From Gekko japonicus (taxonomy: Eukaryota): DNA of 58,880 nt. The translations under genes were made by a program, and so were the position numbers. The stretch spans positions 127,886 to 186,765 of the forward strand of contig NW_015162557.1 of the NCBI RefSeq assembly GCF_001447785.1. Reading direction: 5' to 3'. Under the pieces are notes generated by a model, which saw only the letters and a program-made list of their open reading frames with translations, ran no database searches and was not told where the DNA came from. Positions 32,114 through 58,880 of the stretch are shown here, in pieces; positions within the stretch are counted from its first letter, which is position 1; each line of letters begins with the position of its first letter.

Positions 32114-32250
32114 CTTTCCACGGCTTCGGATTCTCTAGAGACACCTGTCCACTTGCTCTTCTGGTCCCGTTACTGTTCCCGGCGCAGTGCCGTCAGGGAG
32201 ATGAAGTCTTGAAGCTGGTTCTACCCAATGCTAAAGGGGACGGAAGGGAC
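32114..32250 (-). other. GMPR2: GMPR2 5' non-coding exon 1 (upstream limit approximate)
   Basis: Strong minus-strand donor AAG|gtgagt at 32114/32113 inside the CpG island. The ATG exon has an acceptor (ttttggtgcag|AGGTCCAAAATG) only 9 nt before the ATG, so it needs an upstream exon. Confidence 0.75.
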
Positions 32251-32935
32251 TACATTTCCCATAAAGGAGCGCGGTGCCTATAGCGTATTGCGATATGTGT
32301 GCTAGTCTCGACAAAAACTGTGAGCCAATCACATTTACGGAAGGAAAGGACCATATTTCCCAGCAATCTCGCGCGACAAAAAGCAGTCGACCGTAAGGAT
32401 TACTGTCGCAATGCTTGACGGTCGATGTAGTCCAGTAGCCTCGAGGGGTGCCGCGGATTATTTATATATGTACTTATAAGTGATTAAATAAATCTGGGGG
32501 GAAAAACCAAACTCTTGACGTGTAACGCCCTTACTCACTTTTTAAAAAACTTCCAAAGACTTTCTACTGACAATCGCAAGGCCTCAGGGAGTAGTATAGT
32601 ATAGTTTTAAAAGCACGAAGAATGAGGAAAAACTACACCTCCCATCGTGCACTGCGATAGAAGGGCGTTAAAACCATTAATGCGCGGAGGGCACCGGGCA
32701 GCGGCGAAACATTTTTCCGTCACACGACCGTTCGACTGAATACTACCATTCTTTTCAAAATTACCAAGTGACGGGAGTTTTGAGAGAGTGTCATAATTTT
32801 TAAAAAGCGGTGGGTTGCGCGCGGCGACGGAAGTGACGTCGCACAAGCAGCGCCCGGGAGGAGCCGGAGGCGCGGCCTATCGGAATTGTTTCCGGGGTCA
32901 GGGGTGGGCGTGTAGTCGGTGAGGAGGCGGTCACG
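32200..32935. promoter_or_regulatory. Bidirectional GMPR2/NEDD8 CpG-island promoter
   Basis: Head-to-head genes <1 kb apart. ZNF143/THAP11-type motifs ACTACATTTCCCA (32249-32261) and ACTACACCTCCCATCGTGCACTGCG (32632-32656), a CCAAT box near 32326, and ETS-CRE at 32828-32843. Confidence 0.85.
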
Positions 32936-39670
<6,735 letters not shown>

Positions 39671-40036
39671 TGGACTCTCTGCCCTCCTTGCGTGCCCCTC
39701 TCCCCGACCCTCCCCCCCGGGCTCCACAACGGACAGACCCCCCTCCCCGTCTGCGCGTGCGAGAAGCAAATAGCACTCCTCCCACGTCCCTCCTGGTTCC
39801 AGGATGACAGCCTCTCCCTTCCTGGATGCTTCCGCAAGCTGCTGTTTGAGGGAGGTGCTGTCGAGGAGGGGGTGTCCTTTTGAGGGGGCACAGGCCCCCA
39901 CCCTCGTGGCCTCGGTTCTCTTCCATCCCGGCAAGTTCTTAGGAGCTGCTTGTTCATCTGCTGGGGTTTTGTTTTTGGCACCCATGTTGAAATGTCTTTC
40001 CCCCCCCCCGCCCTGAATTGGAATGGCTGAATGTTC

Positions 40037-40042
40037 AATAAA
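40037..40042 (+). terminator. NEDD8 poly(A) signal AATAAA
   Basis: 367 nt after the stop, followed by GU-rich sequence. Confidence 0.75.
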
Positions 40043-41049
40043 GGTCTTTCACAACCTTGGTGGTCTCCTGAGTGGTCCTGACTTGGGTAGTTTGCAGGGA
40101 GGGGGGATCCCTCAGCTAAGATTGGGAGAGATGGCTCTTTCTGGGTGCTGTTTGGGCATGTTGAGGGAGTCGGGAATGTTGAGGAAGTCGGGAATGTTGA
40201 GGGATTCAAGGATTCAGGCATGTTGAGGGATGGGCCTCGTCTCCCCAGGTGTGTTGGTGTTGATCTTTTTAAAAATGCATTCCTTCTATCCTGGGAGATG
40301 TAGTTTGGGAAGTGGGACTAATGCAACATTAACCAGGTGGTCAGCCGTGTTGGTCTGAAGCAGTAGAACAAATTTAGAGTCCAGTGGAAAGTTTTATTCA
40401 AGGTATGAGCTTTCGTGTGCACGCACACTTTTTCAAATACATTGGAATGGTAGATAAGGTTCAAACTTCTAGACGGGCTGAACAGCAAATTAACATGTAA
40501 CTTGATGAAGATGTGCAAAGACAAACTAAAGAACAAGCCAAGGTTATAAGGTCAACAGTTGTAAAGCAATAAATATGTCAAGATAGCAGATAAATGTGTA
40601 AAGGTATCTTTTCTAATTGTGGGAAGTAAGCTGATACATGAACCGTATTTGTGTCCAACCACACAACACCAACTACTTCTCTAGAAATAACCATACTGGT
40701 TTAACAGGCGGTGTATAGTGGTTGGAGTGTCAGACGGCAGGGACCTGGATTCAAATCCCTGGGCCCTCTGCCATGGAGCCCACTGGGTCATAGAAGCATA
40801 GAGTTGGAAGGGACCTCCATGATCATCTAGTCCAACCCCACCTGGGGACAGTCAGCCAAACCGACTTCATTGGGTTGTCTTTTAGACTCTTCGAAATGTT
40901 TGGGAGGTTTGAATTCCTAATTCCTGCCTTAAAAACAACTGAATGCAAAAGCCATGTAATCACTTTTGTTATTTGGCTCAAGAGGATTCTATACCACGCA
41001 CAGGCTTTTAGGAACCCCAGAATGCTTTCTCTCTCTTTTTTTTTAAGTA

Positions 41050-41668
41050 CCCAAGGGTACACTTTTATTGTTTTCCATTATACACTACAAACATATATAG
41101 AAACCAACAACATAAAACTACCACTAACAAACATAAAACATATAACAGGAGGCATATTCCATCTTCTATCCTTCAATTATCTAATTATTACATTCCAGAT
41201 CTCATGATCTATTTTGCTAGCTTATCTTTTCTGCGTACTCAAATTCCATCAGGTTGTTACGCTTATATTATACCAGTCATAAAATCTCTTCCAAGTTTTT
41301 TGAAAAGTCCATTCCGTTCCAGCTCTCATTTCCAACGTTAATTTATCATTCTCAGCCGTTTCAAACAGCTTATTCACGTATTCTTGTTTCGTTGGAGTCT
41401 CCATTGTTTTCCAATATTTAGCATATAAAATCCTTGCAGCTGTTGACAAATAAAAAATCAAATACCTGTCTGCTTTATCAAAATATTTCAGAAATCTATT
41501 CAAGAGCAATATCTCTGGAGTAAATGGGACCTTAGTTCTTATAATTTTTTGCATTATTTCATGTACCCATCTCCAAAACCTTTTTGTAACATCACATAGC
41601 CACCACATATGATAGAATGAACCAGTCTTATTCTTACATTTCCAACATTTATCTGAGCTAGTAGCGTT
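41050..41668 (-). mobile_element. L1-clade LINE 3' fragment with CCHC knuckle
   Basis: CWKCKNKTGSFYHMWWLC...FW...TAARILYAKYWK. Confidence 0.8.
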
Positions 41669-42756
41669 TTGTTCAGCTAGTCTCCCAGAATGCTTTCTCA
41701 AGCTGGTCTGTAGGAAGAGTTCTGCAGGACTCAAAAGCTTCTTTGGTACTGCATTATTTTGGTTCGTCTTAACAATGACATCTCACATGTGGCTCAGTGG
41801 CAGAGCCTCTGCTCGGCATGCAGAATGTCTCAGGTTCAATCCCCGGCATCTCCAGTCAAAAGGATTAAGACTACAGGTGATGAAGAAGAAGAGAATTGGA
41901 TTTATACCCTGCCCTTCACGCGGGAGTCTCAGAGAGGCTTACAAACTCCTTTCCCTTCCCCTCCCCACAACAGGCACCCTGTGAGCAATGTTCCCTCTAA
42001 GCTGTGGAGTCCTGTGAGCAAAACTTCAACTTTGTGAGCTACCAGCATTAAAGTTGTGAGCAGGCAGGTGATTAGGCTACTGCATAAATTAGTTTGCCCT
42101 GGACTGGAGCCCTCCTTCCTGAGCGAAGACAAAAATGTGTGAGCTGGCTCACACTGACTCAGCTTAGAGGGAACACTGCCTGTGAGGTAGGCGGGGCTGA
42201 GAGAGTTCTAAGAGAACTGTCCTTGAGGGAACAGCTCTGACAGAACTGTGGCTTGCCCAAGGTCATCCAGCAGCTGCAAGTGGAGGAGTGGGGACTCAAA
42301 CCCGGTTCTCCCAGATTAGAGTCCGCGCACTTAACCACGACACCCAACTGGCTCTCAAGGATAGGGAAGACCTCATCCTGTGACCCTGGAGAGCCACTGC
42401 CAGTCTGAATGGACATGCAGCTACATGTCCCTCCCTCCCCATACAGATGCCTTGGATTTCTTTGGGAGGGAGGGACTGTGACTCAGTGGAAGAGCCTCTG
42501 CTTGGCATGCAGAAGGTCCCAGGTTCGATCCCCGGCACCTCCAGCTAACAGGTAGGAAGTGATGTTAAAAGACCTCTGTCTGAGACGAAATAACACCAGA
42601 AATGGATCAAAAAGACTCTTGACATGAGGATTCCAGCAGCATGTTCATACTTCCACCCTGGGCCCTTTCCCCCAGAACTGGCATCAGTTCCCGAATATAA
42701 AGCCAGTTTGTGGTTTTGGCTGAGTGGCAGAACATCTGCCTCTATACGGTCCCAGC

Positions 42757-43098
42757 TGTCATGAGAATGGGGAGGGGAAACTGTGGAACGTCTAGTTTTG
42801 TTTCTGCTGAGTCTCTACTGTTTTAGTTATTTGTAAGCTGAGCCGTGTAACGTTGAGTGTCTGGCATCTTTCTCTTGGGAAAAGTGGCCCGCGACTTCGG
42901 CGGACTTCTACCTGTCCTCTTATTGGCCATGAGCCATTTGGGTCCCCTGTGAATTCTGTATATCTATTTGCTTCGCTCGCTTTCTCCTCAGTTCTAACAC
43001 GAAACAGTTAAGATACCTCAATGCCACAAATGTCTCAATAAACTTTTATTCTGTTGAATGACTGTCGTTGGGAGCTGGTTGACTCAAGGCGTCTGACA
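42757..43098 (+). mobile_element. Probable solo LTR (342 bp) inside a Squam2-like SINE head
   Basis: TGTCA...TGACA termini, AATAAA at 43037. Host tctgc is duplicated but offset by 17 nt on the left, so the TSD is imperfect. Confidence 0.6.
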
Positions 43099-43604
43099 TC
43101 TGCTTTGCGTGCAGGAAGTCCAAGGTTCAATCCCCTGCCTCCCCAATTGAAAGGTCCAAGTGGGAAGTAATGTCAAAGAATTCACCCTTGATGGTTCCGT
43201 CCAGTGTAAAGCAGCTTCCTGTGTTCCATAACAAGTTTTAGGGGCCTTCTTGTTTTGGGGCTTTGCTTCACGCCTCTGCTGAAGTCGAGTCTAAGCTGGT
43301 GCTGAAAAGTAGTTTTGACGGGGCATCAGACTCCTGCTAAGTTTTACTGTGGCACCCTAGTGCAGTTAATTTCATTGCTTTTTCAACTGGTAGGCTGGGG
43401 AGGAAGAAAAGGGAAGAAGCAAAGTTGAATCTGGTTCACGGAAGGGCAGGCGTGCAAAGAACGAGGAGGAAGAGAACTAAGGAAATCCTGCATCCCCATA
43501 AATCAAGTGTTTGCTGTCCCCGTCCTGGGTCCTGGACACAAAAGTGTGGTTGGCATGAGAGCCAGCATGGTGTTGTGATTAGAGGGCCAGACTAGCATCT
43601 GGGA

Positions 43605-43872
43605 GTTGTTGTTCAGTTGCACAGTCGAGTCCGACTCTTCGCGACCCCATGGACAAGATCACGCCAGGCCCGCCATCCTCTGAAGTTGGCTCAGTTTCAT
43701 GTTCGTTGCATCTATGACACTGTCCAACCATCTCATCCTTTGCCATCGTCCCCGTCTTCTTTGACCTTCAATCTTTCCCAGCATCAGGGTCTTCTCCTCC
43801 AGTGAGTGCTCCCTTCTCATTGGGTGGCCAAAGGATTTGAGCTTCAGTTTCATTATCTGGCCTTCCAGGGAA
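43605..43872 (-). mobile_element. BovB 3' fragment
   Basis: LEEKTLMLGKIEGQRRRG..RMRWLDSVIDATNMKL. Confidence 0.9.
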
Positions 43873-44190
43873 CAGCTGGGAGACCTGGGTTCAAATCCCC
43901 ACTCTGCCCTGGACAATGTTGCCAACCTCCAGGTGGTAGCTGGAGCTCTCCTGGATTCACACAACTGATCTTCAAGACAACACAGATCAGTTCCCCTGGG
44001 GGAAATGGCCCCTCTGAAAGGTAGACTCTACGGCAATATACCCCGCGGAAGTCCCTCCCTTCCCCAAACCCCACCCCCCCAAATTCTCCAAAATAAAGAA
44101 CGTTTTGCTCACAAGACTCCACGGCTTATAGGGCGGTTGTGAAGGTGGAATGGTGAAAAGGCGAGCAATGTAAGCCTCTGGGGGGGCATT

Positions 44191-44537
44191 GGTAAAGGTT
44201 CCCTTGCTCGAAAGCCAGTCAAGTCCGACTCTAGGGTTGTGGTGCTCATCTCCGTTTCAAAGCCAAAGGGCCAGCGCTGTCCGAAGACGTTTCCGTGGTC
44301 ATGTGGCCGGCGCGACTAAACACCAAGGCGCACGGAACGCTGTTCCCTTCCCACCAAAGTGGTCCCTATTTATCTCCTTGCAATTTCTTGCTTTCGAACT
44401 GCTAGGTTGGCAGGAGCTGGAACTAGAGACAGGAGCTCACTCCGTCATGCGGGCACACGCGGGTCTCGAACTGCTGAACTACCGACCTTCCACAGCCTGC
44501 AGTTCAGCGCCTTAACCACTTGAGCCACCGCAGCTCC
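44191..44537 (-). mobile_element. Sauria SINE directly upstream of the MDP1 promoter
   Basis: Same body as 5788. Confidence 0.85.
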
Positions 44538-44599
44538 TATTGGAGAGAAAGGCGGGGTATTAATGCAGTAAATAAAACGATGAAAAGAAAAATTTAAAG

Positions 44600-44805
44600 G
44601 TCCTCCCCCGGGGGGGGGGAGGGCTGCTGCATCCCCCGACCTCCCAAAAACAAGCGGGCTGGCGCCGAAGCAGTTAACCGGCGCCTCCGGCAGCACGTGG
44701 GCGAGGAGGGCTGGCCGGAGCCGAGCGAGCCGGGATGGGCAGAAGGCGGCCGGGACGGGCGTCGCGTGGAGGAAGGGAAGGCGGAAGCCTCGAACCGGCA
44801 CCCAG
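44600..44805 (+). promoter_or_regulatory. MDP1: MDP1 CpG-island promoter
   Basis: CpG-rich stretch directly before the ATG; E-box CACGTG 44694-44699; ETS-like GGCGGAAG near 44780. Confidence 0.65.
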
Positions 44806-55621
<10,816 letters not shown>

Positions 55622-55672
55622 ATTATCGCCACTGCACAACTCCCTGCCTCAAAGCCTGCCCCCCCGCCCCGA

Positions 55673-55915
55673 GAGCCAGTTTGGTGTCGCGGTTAAGAGC
55701 GGCAGGACTCCAGAGAACCGGATTCCCCTATTCTCCACATGCAGCCGGCTGGGTGACTTTGGGTTAGTCACCGCTCTCTCAGAGCTCTCTCAGCCCCGCC
55801 TACCTCACAGGGTGTCTGTTGTGGGGAGAAAAAGGGAAGGTGATGGTAAGCCACTCTGAGACTTCTTCAGGTAGTGAAGGGCGGGGTATAAAACCAACTC
55901 TTCTTCTTCTTCCTC
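55673..55915 (+). mobile_element. Squam3-like SINE within the MDP1 3' UTR
   Basis: Lies between the stop (55621) and AATAAA (55973). Confidence 0.8.
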
Positions 55916-55972
55916 TTCTCCTCCTCACACATGGGGGTGCATGCAGAGGAGCTGAGGGCGCTGATGCTGTCC

Positions 55973-55978
55973 AATAAA
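55973..55978 (+). terminator. MDP1 poly(A) signal AATAAA
   Basis: First AATAAA after the stop, followed by GU-rich tgtggtgtgcttctgtgtgtctgt. Confidence 0.7.
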
Positions 55979-56599
55979 CACTTACTGTTACCCTGTGGTG
56001 TGCTTCTGTGTGTCTGTAGGCACCCCTCTCTTTCAGCCGCTGTTCACCACATCCAACCTGGAAAGCATCGAGATTTCAAGCCGGTAGAAGACCACTGCCA
56101 GGGAAAGCCGGAGTGGGGTGGTAGTCACTGCCCTCCTTTGTGGTCGCTCATTCCTTGCCTGTCAAGGCTCCTCAGTAGTGCTGTAGGACTTGGTAGGAGG
56201 GGAAGGAGAGATTTGTCACGAGCGCCGTTTGAACCAGCTGTGCTATGGTAATGCCTGCTTGCAGGTGTAGGAGTGGACAGCACACTCCATTTGCTTTAGC
56301 CTGCTGGAAGCCTGTAAGCAAGGATGCACAGGCTGGACTCTGGTTATGACTTAGTGAGGAATGCACTCTGCACATGGTCAGAGACACCCAGTGGGGGAGA
56401 GATCTGGGGTTTATTTTATTTTTGATTTTAACTGGAATTTTTTTTCCAACTAGTATCCCATATGCAAAAGAACCTCCTCAGAAAAGCTCCTCCATTAGCA
56501 TATCACAGCCTGGGGGACTCCTACAAGATAATGATTCAGCCCTACCCCACCTTCCTGAGTACATATAAATTACCTACCTACCATTTTTCTGCTCACCTT

Positions 56600-56722
56600 G
56601 ACACAGAGTCCTCCATCTTTCTGTGTCATACCTCTGAGGATGCCAGTCACAGCTGCTGGCGAAATGTCAGGTCCTACAATGCCAAGACCACGGCCATACA
56701 GCCCGGAAAATCTGCAACAACT
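56600..56722 (+). mobile_element. Penelope-like pLTR fragment with degenerate minimal hammerhead
   Basis: cct-CTGAGGA-tGCCAGtcacagctgCTGGC-GAAA-tGTC-agg followed by gaccacggccatacagcccggaaaa. Confidence 0.65.
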
Positions 56723-56847
56723 AATATTATTGTAAGCCGCCTGGAACCATGAGGAAAGGTGGGATATAAATGCTTCAATAACTATTTTTGTCACACGTTC
56801 CAAAGATGCAAACCAGTTGGATAGGATGTATCCTAGCTGCAAACAGA

Positions 56848-57075
56848 GAGCCAGCATGGCGTAGCGGTTAAAGTGCTGGGCTAGGAGCTGGGAGCCCCAG
56901 GTTCGAATTCCTGCTCTGCCCAGGAAGGTTGCTGGGGGAACTTTGGGCCAGTCACACTCTCAGCCTAACCTTCCTCACAGTGTTGTTGTGAGGATAAAAG
57001 GGAGAAGAGGAGAATGATGTAAGCTGCTTTGGGTCCCCATTGGGGAGAAAGGCAGGATATGAATAAAATGTTTTA
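56848..57075 (+). mobile_element. Older CORE-type tRNA SINE (related minus-strand copies ~13135, 15715, 16310)
   Basis: tRNA head plus gttgttgtgaggataaaa. Confidence 0.65.
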
Positions 57076-58060
57076 AAAAATTAAATCAAGCTGGTCACTG
57101 GAGAGTACAATTACTTCATTTAACAGTAGTGGAGATATTAATGGGGTGGACAGGAGTATCTGTCTTAGCTTCTCAGATTGCCTGGTTAGAATTCTCCTCC
57201 CTCCTTCACCTGTTGAATGTCAGGAGAAGCCCTTCACCTGTTGCATGTCATACCAGGTGCCCACAAAGACAAGGAGGGGGGACCAGCAAGGAAAATAAGA
57301 TTGTCTGTGCGTGTGTTATGACTTACTAGCAGTAAAGCCCGTTGTGAAAGCAATACAACGGGATCTAGAAAGAGGCTCTGGGGCAGTGCTCTGGCTTTGG
57401 GCAAACAGTGTCAATTTGCTGTGGTGACCTTAGCAGGGTATAATGACAGAGTCCACTGTTTTCTCCAGAGGAACTGATCTCTGCTACCTGAAGAACAGTT
57501 GTAATTGTGAGTAATCTGTAGCCCTCACCTGGAGATTGGCAACAATTGTTACCCAGGACAACATGGCTGGTTTGGAGGGTGGAGTCTATGGCATTCTACC
57601 TGTCTGAGGTCCCACCCCTCTGCAAACCCCACCCTCTCCAGGCTCCACCCCTCAAATCCCCAGGAATTTGTCAGGATGTAGTTGGCAACCCCATCTCCTT
57701 CCCAGCTAGCCATCAACCTACCATTATCTGCCCCTTTGACTTCAGCTGACTTCTGCCCTCCCTTCTGCAGAACAGTTGTAATACTGAGTGCTCTCCAGCC
57801 CTCACCTGGAGATTGGCAACAATGGTTCCCTATGTGGGACTGACTGGTTTGGAGGGTGGAGTCTATGGCAGTGTACCTGTCTGAGGTCCCACCCCTCCTC
57901 AAACCTCACCCTCTTCAGGCTCCATCCCTCAAGTCTCCAGGAATTTCCCATCTGGAGTTGGCAACCCTATCAGGATTGGCCCCAATGTGTTTTCTCCCAA
58001 AGGCCAAAGTAGGTGACAGGACCAAGCTTAGTTGCCTACCAACAGGCACTGAGGGGAATG

Positions 58061-58278
58061 TAGGGTTGCCAGCTCTAAGGAGGGAAATACCTGGAGGTTT
58101 GGGGGGTGGATTCTGTAGAGGGCAGCATGGGGGGTGGTGGAAGGACTCAGCAGGTATAATGTCATAGGGTCTACCCTCCAAAGCATCCATTTTCTCCAGG
58201 GGAACTGATCTCTGTCATCTGGAGATCAATTGTAACAGTGGGAGATCTCCAGGTCCCACCTGGAGATTGGCAACCCTA
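58061..58278. mobile_element. hAT/Blackjack-type MITE (many partial copies: ~7133, 9055, 33268, 43915, 47010, 57440-58850)
   Basis: TIR TAGGGTTGCCA...TGGCAACCCTA; TSD ggggaatg/ggggaaag. Confidence 0.75.
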
Positions 58279-58880
58279 GGGGAAAGTCAGCTGCACAGCA
58301 GGGGGTTGAAGAGAATGGTTTGATGGGTGCTGGGCCAAGATTAGCAACAATAGTTCCCTAGGAGCAAATAGCTGGGTTGGAGGGTGGAGTCTATGGCACT
58401 GTAACCTGTCTGATGACCCCCTCTCCGGCCTCCACTCCTCAAATCTCCAGGATTTTCCATACCTAAAGCTGGCAACTTTATCTCCTCCCCTCTCAGTAGC
58501 CTCTTATTTTGCCTTAAATTGGTTTTGATGCCAGCAGAGTGAGAAAATGCCAGAGGCTCTGGGTGGGTGCCTCATCGTAAATGCACCAAACAATTCCTAA
58601 AGATTTGCCAAAACACTACTCTGTCGACAAATTGCAGCACTTTGAATTAGCACCAGAGCTTTAAGAGCTCTCCAGCTGTCACCTGGAGACTGGCAACAGC
58701 TTGTTTGGAGGGTGGGGAGTATGGCATTGTATCTGTCTGAGGTCCTCCTCTTTCTCTTCCTCCTCCTCCTCCTCAGACCCCACCCTCAGCAGGCTTCATT
58801 CCTAAACTATCCTGGAAGTTTCCAACCTGGAGTTGGCAACCCTATCTGCCTGTCTGTCTTAAGTTTTACACACACACCCC

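Noticed and set aside
40155-40232. Short 18-bp repeats after NEDD8 poly(A) (also 9318-9495 duplication and 51630-51695 repeats)
   Set aside because: Ordinary low-copy slippage duplications with no further supporting signal.
57322-57368. Helitron/Helentron-like terminus (ctag...cccgttg...caacggg.tctag hairpin)
   Set aside because: Too short, and no matching opposite end could be identified.
56000-58880. CHMP4A exon 1, expected next from human synteny
   Set aside because: No CpG island or CHMP4-like coding sequence is visible; it may lie beyond the window, so loss cannot be claimed.

Overview
Vertebrate genomic DNA. The repeat content (Sauria, Squam2- and Squam3-like SINEs, BovB, CR1) points to a squamate, probably a gecko. 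The window holds the gene block also found at human 14q12: the last two exons of TGM1 (+), complete TINF2 (+, 9 coding exons, ~326 aa), GMPR2 (-, 9 coding exons plus a 5' non-coding exon, 350 aa), NEDD8 (+, 4 exons, 79 aa) and MDP1 (+, 6 exons, 160 aa). All exons were traced by hand with GT-AG boundaries and consistent phases. TINF2 and GMPR2 are tail-to-tail with interleaved poly(A) signals, and GMPR2 and NEDD8 share a bidirectional CpG promoter. Introns are densely filled with SINEs, several hAT/Harbinger MITE families, LINE fragments, Penelope-like remnants with degenerate hammerheads, three solo LTRs and two satellites. I found no wholly new gene system. The best leads are: a TIN2 lacking the canonical TRF1-binding FxLxP motif and the dyskeratosis cluster; an RxSP-repeat tail on TGM1; a five-unit array of tRNA-Ala-like Pol III heads in TINF2; a strong sense-strand bias of Squam3-like SINEs that a cryptic antisense acceptor could explain; and solo LTRs that all sit in Pol III SINEs. 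Repeat family names come from recalled consensus features, not a database search, and repeat ends are approximate unless a TSD is given.
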